Assembly: GCA_963719315.1 (NCBI GenBank)
Contig: CAVRBU010000018.1
Location: forward strand, 64,001 to 128,000
Length of the DNA stretch: 64,000 bases
Reading direction: 5' to 3'
Source of the DNA: an uncultured Planctomycetota bacterium
Lineage (GTDB): Bacteria; Planctomycetota; Planctomycetia; Pirellulales; Lacipirellulaceae
A program made the position numbers and the translations under genes. Position 1 is the first letter of the stretch. Each line of letters begins with the position of its first letter. The notes under the pieces are model-generated. The model was given only the letters and a program-made list of their open reading frames with translations, was not told the DNA's origin and did no database searches. Positions 50,376 to 58,885 of this stretch are shown here, in pieces.

Positions 50376-50945
50376 CTACGCGGGCGGAAACTTCTGCATC
50401 AGGTCAATAATCGGCGCTCCACCGCTCCGCATTTCATCGAGCATCGATTTCAAGCGAAGTGAGTCCGAGGGGTCGAGTTCTGTGAGCGTGGCGACCACTT
50501 CCTCCGCCATTTGCGGCTTGCCCAGCTTTTCAAGCGACCACACAAGCCCCTGGCCCGCCTCGAAAAACGATTGATTGGCCAACTGCGAATACAGGACCGG
50601 CTTCGGCATCTTCGCGCGCCGCAACGTTTGCAGGCCGAGTTGATAGCCGGCGCCATAGTGCCCACGGGCGAGCGGCACATCGCCCGCCGCGCGGGCTAAC
50701 TCGCCGAGCAGTACGTGGGCGGCGATGAATTCGCTGCAACCGGAGAGCAGCCACCGCAACTCATCCAGCGCGACATCCGTCTCGCCGGATTCGATCATCA
50801 ACAATACTTCTTCCAGGTCCTCGGACCGGTCACGCACGCATCGCGGATGGATGAACACCCAACTGCGGCCGTCCGTCGAACGGCGCACACCTAACCCGCT
50901 TGACGAGGAACCCGGACACGGACGTTGCGATTTGCGCTTGGCCAC
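50376..50945 (-). CDS. Hypothetical TPR-like protein
   Basis: GTG start; HPRCVRDRSEDLEEV, ELRWLLSGC, AHVLLGELA, ARGHYG. Confidence 0.65.
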   Translation of the reverse strand: MAKRKSQRPCPGSSSSGLGVRRSTDGRSWVFIHPRCVRDRSEDLEEVLLMIESGETDVALDELRWLLSGCSEFIAAHVLLGELARAAGDVPLARGHYGAGYQLGLQTLRRAKMPKPVLYSQLANQSFFEAGQGLVWSLEKLGKPQMAEEVVATLTELDPSDSLRLKSMLDEMRSGGAPIIDLMQKFPPA

Positions 50946-50965
50946 ACAAGGCACTCTAAAACAAA

Positions 50966-51142
50966 TTAACCACAAAGACACGAAGTACACAAAGATGAAC
51001 AGAACGATTTTACCACTAATCGACGCTAATAATTCGCTAATTGATTGGATTGGAACATCCTAAGATTAGCAACCATTGGCGTCCATTAGCGGTTCAGCAT
51101 TTCTTCGTCCGCTCTTCGTGTCCTTCGTGCCTTCGTGGTTAA
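50966..51142. repeat. Nested palindromes (outer AACCACAAAGACACGAAG type; inner CACTAAT/ATTAGCG type at 51012-51093)
   Basis: TTAACCACAAAGACACGAAGTACACAAAG..[ACCACTAATCGACGCTAAT..ATTGGCGTCCATTAGCGGT]..CTTCGTGTCCTTCGTGCCTTCGTGGTTAA. Confidence 0.88.
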
Positions 51143-52002
51143 ACCTCCCTTCCGAGCGCGTAAATCTCTTCGGCATCCAACACCAGGTCGTTGCTTTCGA
51201 ACAGTCGGCGAACGGCCGCCTTGTGCAGCTTCATCTTAAGCCCGCCGACGCCGATCGCGCCGTAACAGATTTGGCCGTCGTGCTCGACCGCCTTTTCCTG
51301 CGGCTGGATGCCGCCGATGCCCGCGGGCGGCACGGCGTTGAGGTCGATTGCCACTTTGAGCGTCCTACACCCGCGGCGAAGTTTTTCGGGTAGAAGTTCA
51401 ATTCCTGGCGCGCCGGCCGCGATCACCACCGCCGCGTCGGCGACCGCCGCGCGAATGGACGGTTCGTCCCGCGTTTCACACGCCTCCAAATTCGCCGTGC
51501 TCACCATTTTGGCGACGCTGTCGCACACCTGCTGCGCGCGATTGAGTTGCCTGGAGGCGACCCGCACATTTGTCCCCTCTCGCGCCAGCAGCCGCACGAT
51601 GCGCCTGCCGACCGAGCCGGTGGCGCCGAGCACGGTCACGGCCGCATCGGCGAGCGGCACATGGTTTCGCGCGCTGAGTACGGCCGCCGCCGCCGTCGTG
51701 TTGGCGCCGTTCGAGTCGAGCATCAGCGACACACGCAGGGGGCCGAAAAAGCACTCCCGGGCTTTCGCGAGCAGCTTTTCGCCGGCATCCACGTCGCTGC
51801 CGCCAATGAATACGGCAGTGTTCTTAAGATCTGCCGGCCCGCGCGTGAACATCGCCCCGTAAACGAGATCGCGAACGACATCGGGCGTCACGCCGCCGTG
51901 GCGGAACAATTGAGCGACACCAGCATCAACGGCCACAACGCCATCGAACACGCTTGGCTGCGAGTCACTGTCGAGGCAGACGAGAATCTTGGCGAGTGAC
52001 AT
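51139..52002 (-). CDS. mtdC: Methylene-H4MPT dehydrogenase (MtdA/B/C family; planctomycete MtdC type)
   Basis: PSVFDGVVAVDAG, GAMFTRG, TAVFIGG, DSNGANTTAAAAV, GATGSVG, DLNAVPPAGI, YGAIGVGGLKMK; adjacent to fae. Confidence 0.85.
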   Translation of the reverse strand: MSLAKILVCLDSDSQPSVFDGVVAVDAGVAQLFRHGGVTPDVVRDLVYGAMFTRGPADLKNTAVFIGGSDVDAGEKLLAKARECFFGPLRVSLMLDSNGANTTAAAAVLSARNHVPLADAAVTVLGATGSVGRRIVRLLAREGTNVRVASRQLNRAQQVCDSVAKMVSTANLEACETRDEPSIRAAVADAAVVIAAGAPGIELLPEKLRRGCRTLKVAIDLNAVPPAGIGGIQPQEKAVEHDGQICYGAIGVGGLKMKLHKAAVRRLFESNDLVLDAEEIYALGREV

Positions 52003-52008
52003 GGATGT

Positions 52009-52093
52009 GGTCGAGGGTCAGACTGCCGCACCTGCGTGCAACGACCTGATCCTCAAATTCTGGCCCTCGACCCTAGACCCTCAACCCTAGACC
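52009..52093. repeat. Heptamer-arm palindrome (GACCCTC/A)n between fae and mtdC
   Basis: GGTCGAGGGTCAGA ... TCTGGCCCTCGACCCTAGACCCTCAACCCTAGACC. Confidence 0.8.
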
Positions 52094-52096
52094 AAC

Positions 52097-52594
52097 TCAG
52101 AATCCCCGGAACGGATGGGCCGCCTTGTCCTTGTCGGCGAGCATTTCGTCCACAGTTGGCTTGCCCGTCATCGCGTTCTTAAGGGCGTCCTTCGTGGCTT
52201 GATAGTTGTAGTTGTAGATCTTCTTGTCGTCGGCCGCTTCCCAATGAATGAACACGCCGCAAATGCACACGAAATCTTCGGCCTGCTTCTTCGAGATCAC
52301 GCCTTCGGCAACCGAATCGGCCACGGCCTTGGCCACCGCCGCCTGGGCGGGACCGAACATCTGCACGGCCTGCTTCGCGCCTTTGATCGTCACCTTGGTG
52401 ATCATCACCGTGGCCGGCTTGGCCAGCAGGTTCGGCGTCAACACGGCCAACAGGTTCGAGTGTCCTTCGCTTTGCCGGGCGAGGGCGTTGGCGAATGCGT
52501 TGCCGACCGGGCCGACTTTGTCGCCGATCAATAGGTCAATATGGGCAACTTCGTTACCTTCGCCCGCCAGGGCTTCGCCAATAAACATGCTCAT
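52097..52594 (-). CDS. fae: Formaldehyde-activating enzyme
   Basis: IGEAL.GEGNEVAHIDLLIG, KVTIKGAKQAVQMFGPAQAAVA, GVFIHWEA, NYQATK, HPF. Confidence 0.95.
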   Translation of the reverse strand: MSMFIGEALAGEGNEVAHIDLLIGDKVGPVGNAFANALARQSEGHSNLLAVLTPNLLAKPATVMITKVTIKGAKQAVQMFGPAQAAVAKAVADSVAEGVISKKQAEDFVCICGVFIHWEAADDKKIYNYNYQATKDALKNAMTGKPTVDEMLADKDKAAHPFRGF

Positions 52595-52793
52595 GTTCAA
52601 ATGCTCCTAATTAGTGATTTGTAGGCCACGTGGGAAAAATTGTCGGCCGCCCGCGCTCGTTTTTTTGCCCGGTGCAACAAAATGCTGGGTGGAAAGCGAA
52701 GAATATCACACGCCACGTGCATTGCAAAGGAGCGGCTGCCCGTGCGGCCGCGCCCGACGGCGGAGAATTGGGTACACCTCCCCAAATTGCAGC

Positions 52794-52927
52794 CTAGTGC
52801 TTTGTCATAGCTTGATTTTGGGATTAGCCGCTGGGCGCTAGCTCACGGTTCGAACGGCAAAAACCGTGAGCTAGCGCCCAGCGGCTGATATGTGGAACCC
52901 CAATTCTTAGCTTTGACAGAGCACTAG
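52794..52927. mobile_element. MITE-like element, copy 2 (134 bp)
   Basis: CTAGTGCTTTGTCATAGCT ... AGCTTTGACAGAGCACTAG; same internal layout as 7635-7769. Confidence 0.85.
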
Positions 52928-53206
52928 TCCCTCCCGATCCGATGCACCGCCTTAGGCGATGCCAGGAAAGACGGCCTTTTGCAGCGGGTGGCCACGATCG
53001 TTCGCGAAAACTACTTGGCTTTCTGGACAAAATCACTAGACTCTGGAACAATGAACAAGGATTGTCGGCGGATTCCAGACGCCGGACCAATGCGCAAGGA
53101 GACTCGCCGCACTTATCGTTAGAATTCTTCCCGACTTTGATCAATTGTGTCGGGGCGTGAACAGAGGCACAGGGCGCCGGCCCACCATCAAGAGAAGGGG
53201 AACATT

Positions 53207-54248
53207 ATGAGTCACAAATCGCGCGGCTTTACGCTCGTCGAACTGCTGGTCGTGATCGCGATTATCGGCACGCTCGTGGCGCTGTTGCTGCCGGCCGTGC
53301 AATCGGCCCGCGAATCGGCGCGCAGCAACACTTGCCGCAATAACATGAAGCAACTCGCGCTCGCGCTGGCGAACATGGATACGCAGCTTAGAAGGCTGCC
53401 GGGTTATTCGAACGAGATGTTCAATCCCAACGGATCGAAATCGGGAACGCCTCTCAACTTTACTTCTTCCTACGCGCGCCGCGCGAGTTGGGTGGTTAAG
53501 ACCTTTCCGTACATGGAAAACCAGCCGCTGTACGATCAGTGGAATACCTTCGGCTCCGGAAGTCCGCCGGCGCCCGCGATGGAAGGCCTGACTTGCCCCA
53601 GCAGTCCTCCGGAAATTCCCGGCCAGCCCTGGCTGAATTACGTCGGCAACGCCGGCCGGGCTTTTAGCGACACGACCCCCAGCCCGGAAACCATGGAATT
53701 CGCCGCAGACGGCATTTTCTTCGACGACAACAAGAATCCGAACATCGGTCCGACGGACGGTCGGGAATCGCATCCGCGGTTGCAGATGTCGATGTCGGCG
53801 GTCGTTGATGGAACGACGAAAACGCTCATGCTCTCCGAAAACTTGCACGCCTGGTATTGGACGTACGGGCTCGACAACGACAGCAGTACGATCAAGGACG
53901 GGAAGTTGCTCTTCGGTTTTGTTTGGAAGAATCCCGGCGGCGTTTCAGACATCGAACGGATCAACGGCGACAAGTACTACGATAAGCTTGCATCTGGCCC
54001 GCCGGCGACCATGGAAGTCTTTGCCGGCACTCCCGCCACATACGAGAGCTATGCCTATCCCTCCAGCGCTCACCCCGGTGGCGTGAACATGGCCTTCTGC
54101 GGCGGACAGGTCGAGTTCATCGCCGAGCAGATCGAGCCGCTAATTTACGCTCAGTTGATGACGTTCCAACAGCAAGCGCTCAAAGCTCGTTAGTGCGGCC
54201 AACATTCCCGATCGCCAACTTCAGCAGCCGTCGGATGAGCAGTATTGA
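53207..54248 (+). CDS. DUF1559 (prepilin-type N-terminal cleavage/methylation) protein; probable extra base near 54164
   Basis: [60 protein letters not shown]; alternative frame gives [11 protein letters not shown]...QPSDEQY*. Confidence 0.9.
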
Positions 54249-54252
54249 TACA

Positions 54253-54513
54253 ATGGAATCATTCCTGCCGCATCTCGCTCCAGAAACGGAAGCTCTGTTG
54301 CAGCAGCTTGGTGGCCCGCTGGCAATCTCAGGCGAGCGCGGCGAATACGTGGTGATGCGGTCGGATATTTACTCGGCGATGTTGGGAATGCGGGACGACG
54401 ACGAGGCCGAAACGGTGGCTTCGATACGTCGTGGGCTTGCCGACTTGAACTCCGGCCGCACACAAGACCTCGACGAGGTTTTCGACGAACTCGACGCGCG
54501 CGATGAGTCATAA
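54253..54513 (+). CDS. Putative antitoxin
   Basis: 86 aa acidic; YVVMRSDIY, ASIRRGLADLNSGR; overlaps the toxin start. Confidence 0.75.
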   Translation: MESFLPHLAPETEALLQQLGGPLAISGERGEYVVMRSDIYSAMLGMRDDDEAETVASIRRGLADLNSGRTQDLDEVFDELDARDES

Positions 54514-54820
54514 AGTTCCCCTGACGCTTGAGGTAAAGCACCAGCTTCAGGCCATAAGCAGCTATATTGCTCAGAACTCGCCCGAAAACGCCAGGAAGTG
54601 GCGCCAATCCATTCGCGATCGGTTTCGTTCACTCGGCAATATGCCGGAGCGGCATGAAATCGCGTATCGATCCGCGGACGTCGGTCGCGACATCAGGCAC
54701 ACTTTTTTCGGCGTCTACCGAATCCTGTATACGATCGAGCACGATTCGGTCGTCGCCGTATCAGTGCGTCATGGCGCCCGGCGACCAATCACGCTGGACG
54801 AATTGCGACGCCTCGACTGA
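54503..54820 (+). CDS. RelE/ParE-family toxin
   Basis: LQAISSYIAQNSPENA, LGNMPER, YRILYTI, VSVRHGARR. Confidence 0.85.
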   Translation: MSHKVPLTLEVKHQLQAISSYIAQNSPENARKWRQSIRDRFRSLGNMPERHEIAYRSADVGRDIRHTFFGVYRILYTIEHDSVVAVSVRHGARRPITLDELRRLD

Positions 54821-54840
54821 CCCTGCAAGGCAAACAGCAT

Positions 54841-55272
54841 TTAGGCGTTCTGCGATTGCGTGGGCTCCACGTGTCGCAAGTCGTCGCGCGTGTATTGCTG
54901 CTCGATCGGTTGGCCATTTTCCAGGATCAAGTAGCGGATGCCGCGCGCTCGCTCGTCCCACAGCATTTCGCGGATGACGCCCGTCCGCGGCTCGTTACGC
55001 ATGCCGTGACCGAGCACCTCGACCCAATCGCCCAGCTCGAACCCTTCATGCGGCACCTCCTGCCAGAGCGTGGGCCGGACGCGCAGCGTGACGTCACCGT
55101 AGTGCAGCAACAGATACTCGCCGTCTGAACCGTCGCGGCGAAAGAGGCGGCCACTGGGGAGCATCGACCGCGCCTGCGCGACATCGTCCGGGTGAATCCA
55201 TCCGTCGCCGTCTTCCGGCCACCAAGCAAAGCAGCCATATTTCGGATCGGCTTTGAGCGGGGGAAGATTCAC
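54841..55272 (-). CDS. Hypothetical protein (possible SH3-like folds)
   Basis: YGCFAWWPEDGDGWIHPDD; GFELGDWVEVL; coherent codon usage. Confidence 0.7.
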   Translation of the reverse strand: MNLPPLKADPKYGCFAWWPEDGDGWIHPDDVAQARSMLPSGRLFRRDGSDGEYLLLHYGDVTLRVRPTLWQEVPHEGFELGDWVEVLGHGMRNEPRTGVIREMLWDERARGIRYLILENGQPIEQQYTRDDLRHVEPTQSQNA

Positions 55273-55353
55273 AACTGTTTTATTTGTAGCTGAACTTCGC
55301 AAGAATTCAGTTGGAAGCCGGCTGAATTCTCGCGAAATTCAGCTACGATCCCA

Positions 55354-56496
55354 CTACTTCACTTCCAGCATCCGCTCTAGCGCCACGAGCGCCCAGCGGG
55401 CCGTGTCTTCGTCCACTTCGATCACATTCACCGGTGTGCCGGCGGCAAGGTTTTCGAGGCTCCAACACAGGTGCGCCAGATCGATGCGGTACATCGTGGC
55501 GCACATGCAAACGACCGGCGACAGAAAATAGATGTCCTGCTCCGGATGCTCTTGCTTCAGCCGATTCACCAGATGCAACTCGGTTCCGATCGCCCATTTT
55601 GTTCCCGGAGGAGCGGATTCCACTGTTTTGATGATCTTGCTCGTCGAGCCCGATACGTCGGCCAACTCGAACACCTCTCGCTGACATTCTGGATGCACCA
55701 GAATCTTGATGCCCGGATACTTTTCGCGAAGCATCCGCACGTGCTCCGGCCGGAACATTTGATGTACGCTACAGTGACCCTTCCAGAGGATCACCTTGCT
55801 ACGCTGGAGCTGCTCAGCGGTGTTGCCGCCCAGGGCGTCGGCATGCGGATCCCACACGGGCATCTCATCCAGCGTGATTCCCATGCCAACCGCCGTGTTT
55901 CGACCGAGGTGCTGATCGGGGAAAAACATTACGCGACCGGTCCGCGCGAACGACCACTTCAGTGCCGCTTCGGCATTGGACGATGTGCACACAATTCCGC
56001 CGTGCCGGCCGACGAATGCCTTCAGGCTGGCGGCCGAATTGATGTACGTAACGGGCGTGATGTCTTCCGTATCCAGCAGTTCGCCGAGCTGGTCCCAGGC
56101 GTCTTCGATTTGGTGAATGGCGGCCATGTCGGCCATCGAGCAACCGGCCGCCAAATCCGGCAGCACGACCGGTATCCGCTCGCCGCCGCGCTCGGCCAGC
56201 TTTTCCGGGCGGTTGGCCAGGATATCGGCTGTCTCGGCCATGAAGTGCACACCGCAAAACACGATGGCCCGGCACTCGTTGCTTTCGGCCGCGTTCTGGC
56301 TTAGCCCATAACTATCGCCCCGCAAGTCGGCCAGCGCGATCACCTCGTCTTGCTGGTAGTGATGGCCGAGAATGAGCAATTTACGTCCAAGCTGACGTCG
56401 CACCGTCTCAATACGCGACATCAGCTCTACGTTCGACAGCGACTTATAGGGCTGCAACTCGTAGGCGGGCGACGGTGATTGAAGGGTTGTAGGCAT
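55354..56496 (-). CDS. nadA: Quinolinate synthase A
   Basis: ILGHHYQ, GDSY, FCGVHFMAETA, AGCSMADM, YINS, CTSSNA, GHCSVH, HPEC, GTE, CATM. Confidence 0.96.
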   Translation of the reverse strand: MPTTLQSPSPAYELQPYKSLSNVELMSRIETVRRQLGRKLLILGHHYQQDEVIALADLRGDSYGLSQNAAESNECRAIVFCGVHFMAETADILANRPEKLAERGGERIPVVLPDLAAGCSMADMAAIHQIEDAWDQLGELLDTEDITPVTYINSAASLKAFVGRHGGIVCTSSNAEAALKWSFARTGRVMFFPDQHLGRNTAVGMGITLDEMPVWDPHADALGGNTAEQLQRSKVILWKGHCSVHQMFRPEHVRMLREKYPGIKILVHPECQREVFELADVSGSTSKIIKTVESAPPGTKWAIGTELHLVNRLKQEHPEQDIYFLSPVVCMCATMYRIDLAHLCWSLENLAAGTPVNVIEVDEDTARWALVALERMLEVK

Positions 56497-56756
56497 GCAA
56501 TCGTGGGATGCGGAAGGGTGTTTCGCGGCAGCACTGATAGCACGGCTGCCTCGCCAATTATACGAAACTGGCCGGCATCGAGCGAATAGCCTGCCACCGA
56601 GCGTAGAACTCTCGGTCCGCGAGAGGAATTGCTGCTCGCGAAGCGAGCAGACGACTCTGTGCGGACTGGGAAAAGTTTAAGGCTAGCTTTGGTCGATAGA
56701 GCATACGTGTTCGTGCGCATCGAGCGGCTACTATCCGCGTCTACTCAAACTGATCT

Positions 56757-57095
56757 ATGGCCGAATCGCCCTCTGAAAACCCGCCAGAAGCCGCTGCCGC
56801 CGCGACACAGGAGTCGCCGCCGCCCGCCGTCAGCGCGGTTGAGGCCGAGCTGGCGAGCCTGCCGACGTTTGCACGGGGCCTGATGCAGATTCGTGTGCCG
56901 ATCCAGGTAACGCTCGCCTCGCAACGCAAGAGCATTCAAGAGATCGTGGAACTCGGACCTGGCTCAATCGTTAAATTCGACAAAACGTGCGACGAGCCGC
57001 TCGAGCTAGCAATCGGCAGTAGGACCATCGCTCGGGGCGAGGTCGTAAAGGTCGGCGACAAGTTCGGCCTAAAGATCGGCGGCCTGGTCAAGTAG
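56757..57095 (+). CDS. FliM/FliN (SpoA) C-terminal domain protein
   Basis: IRVPIQVTLA, ELGPGSIVKFDK, EPLEL, ARGEVVKVGDKFGLKI. Confidence 0.85.
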   Translation: MAESPSENPPEAAAAATQESPPPAVSAVEAELASLPTFARGLMQIRVPIQVTLASQRKSIQEIVELGPGSIVKFDKTCDEPLELAIGSRTIARGEVVKVGDKFGLKIGGLVK

Positions 57096-57120
57096 GCCCG
57101 GCGAGCCAAGCCGGACAGTG

Positions 57121-57200
57121 CAAGACAAGGTGACAAGGAGAGGGGGAGACAAGGAGTTACGTCTCAAACCGCTCTCTTCTTTTCTCCATGCCTTTTCCAT
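57121..57200. repeat. Octamer-arm (GACAAGGA)n element with degenerate right arm
   Basis: AGACAAGGTGACAAGGAGAGGGGGAGACAAGGAG ... CTCTCTTCTTTTCTCCATGCCTTTTCC. Confidence 0.7.
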
Positions 57201-57227
57201 CACCCGCTGAGGCCGCGACTGCTCGAT

Positions 57228-57263
57228 AAAAAAACCTGCCCCGGACTTTCGTCCGAGGCAGGT
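57228..57263 (-). terminator. Intrinsic terminator of the Cys-rich gene
   Basis: A7-CCTGCCCCGGAC-TTTC-GTCCGAGGCAGGT. Confidence 0.85.
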
Positions 57264-57303
57264 CTAGTCTTTCGATCGTTCTTCAATCGCTGGTGCCTAG
57301 CAC

Positions 57304-58166
57304 TTAGCGAAGGAAGCTCGTGCGAACCACGTTGCGTTGCTGGCCAACCGAAGCGTTCGGATCGGCCATCGGACGCGGGGCAACTGGCTTGACAGAAGCA
57401 CCAGCTTCGGCCGGAGCGGCCGGAGCTTTGTCTTCGTGCTTTTCGCCACCGTTGCAACCGCAGCCGCTCGAGCAACCACCGCCGCAGCTATCGCAACCGC
57501 AGCTGTTGCAACCGCAGCACGGCTCGCAGCACGAGCAGCAACCGCAGTTGCTGTGGCACTTGAACATGCCACACAGGCTGTCCAACAAGCAGCAGCGCTT
57601 CTGGCAGCAGCAGGACGAACCGCAGCTATTGCAACCGCAGCTTTGCTCGCAGCAGCAGCTCTTTTCGCAGCAGCAGCTCGGCTCGCAGCAAGAATTGCAG
57701 CAGCAACCACGATGGAACATGCCACTCAGGCTGTCCAACAGGCAGCAGCGCTTCTGGCAGCAGCAGGACGAACCGCAGCTATTGCAGCCGCAGCTCGGCT
57801 CGCAGCAGCAGCTATTCTCGCAACCGCAGCTTTGCTCGCAGCAGCAGCTCTTTTCACAGCAGCAGCTGGGCTCGCAGCATCCGCAACCTCCACCGCAGTG
57901 GAAGCAGCTGCAGAGCTTGTCGAGGATGCAGCAGCGCGGGCGCAGCAGCAGCTCGAGCAGCTATCGCAGCAATTGCTCTGTTCGCAGCAGCAGCTCTTCT
58001 CGCAGCAGCAACTGGGCTCACAGCAACACGACTTCTCGCAGCAGCCGCAGCTGGGCTCACAGCAACAGCCGCAGCCGTTGCCGAGCATTTTGTCCAACAA
58101 GCAGAAGCCGAAGCTTGGGCTTGTCAGAGCAATGCTCACCATGAGCGCTCCTAAAAAGTTCTTCAT
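57304..58166 (-). CDS. Secreted ultra-cysteine-rich repeat protein (about 287 aa), apparent frameshift at about 57940
   Basis: GGAGA SD; signal peptide MKNFLGALMVSIALTSPSFG; CCCE[PKQ]S repeats in both frames; own terminator. Confidence 0.85.
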
Positions 58167-58885
58167 CGGACATCGTCTCCTATATGTCGGAACCATCCTG
58201 GCAGAAGATAAACAACTTCCGGCAACGCGCGATGCCGCCCCACGCCGAAGTGCCGGTCGTGAATGACGGACGCAAGGCTACGCCGAGTCGGTAGGCAAGT
58301 CCGGCGTAAGGGGCACTTTCAAAGTGCCGGAAGTCGAAATCAGGCGGGCTGCTTCGGAGGGTTCCCACGGTTGGCGTCAGCTCCAGTCGAGCCAATCCTT
58401 GGCTCGAAAAGTCCGGGCCGGTTGGCTGACGCGCATACTTTTTGCCGCAAGAGGCACGCGGGTGCATCGCATGCGACAACAAACGTATCGTCCGCTTCCC
58501 GAAGAGCGCTTGAGTGAACGCAAGTAATTTTCAGCACCCGGCTTAACGCTCCTGTTACGCAAGATCTGCCCGCCGGGTAGGCTGGCAAAAGGCTGACGTT
58601 TCTAGGGGTTGAACGGGCAATCGTGGCCTCGCCAGCCGCAGTTTGATATAGTTAGGAAAGATGGAACGCGCGTCCCGCGTTCATTCGCTTCGCACGACGG
58701 ACCCCGCCTTGCGCAAATCGGCGCGAAATTACCCTCCCACCCCGCGAACTTGATCACTGCCAGCACCTTGCCCTGAGCGTCACTCTGCCGTTAGGGTAAA
58801 GCTTGACGGCCAGGAAACCTTTGACTTTGCCGCGAAGTAGCCCGTTATTTCCTTCCATGCGTCTTACTGGCGGAGCAATCCTCTC

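Noticed and set aside
57540..58080. Repeat array considered as CRISPR
   Set aside because: Units are codon-phased and degenerate with no unique spacers, and no cas genes are present
57320..58266. Gln-rich (57320-58144) and Ala-rich (57337-58266) plus-strand ORFs
   Set aside because: Shadows of the TGC-rich minus-strand gene, which has the SD, signal peptide and terminator
58600..58860. Hairpins upstream of the first beta-propeller gene as a riboswitch
   Set aside because: No aptamer consensus recognised; needs an Rfam scan
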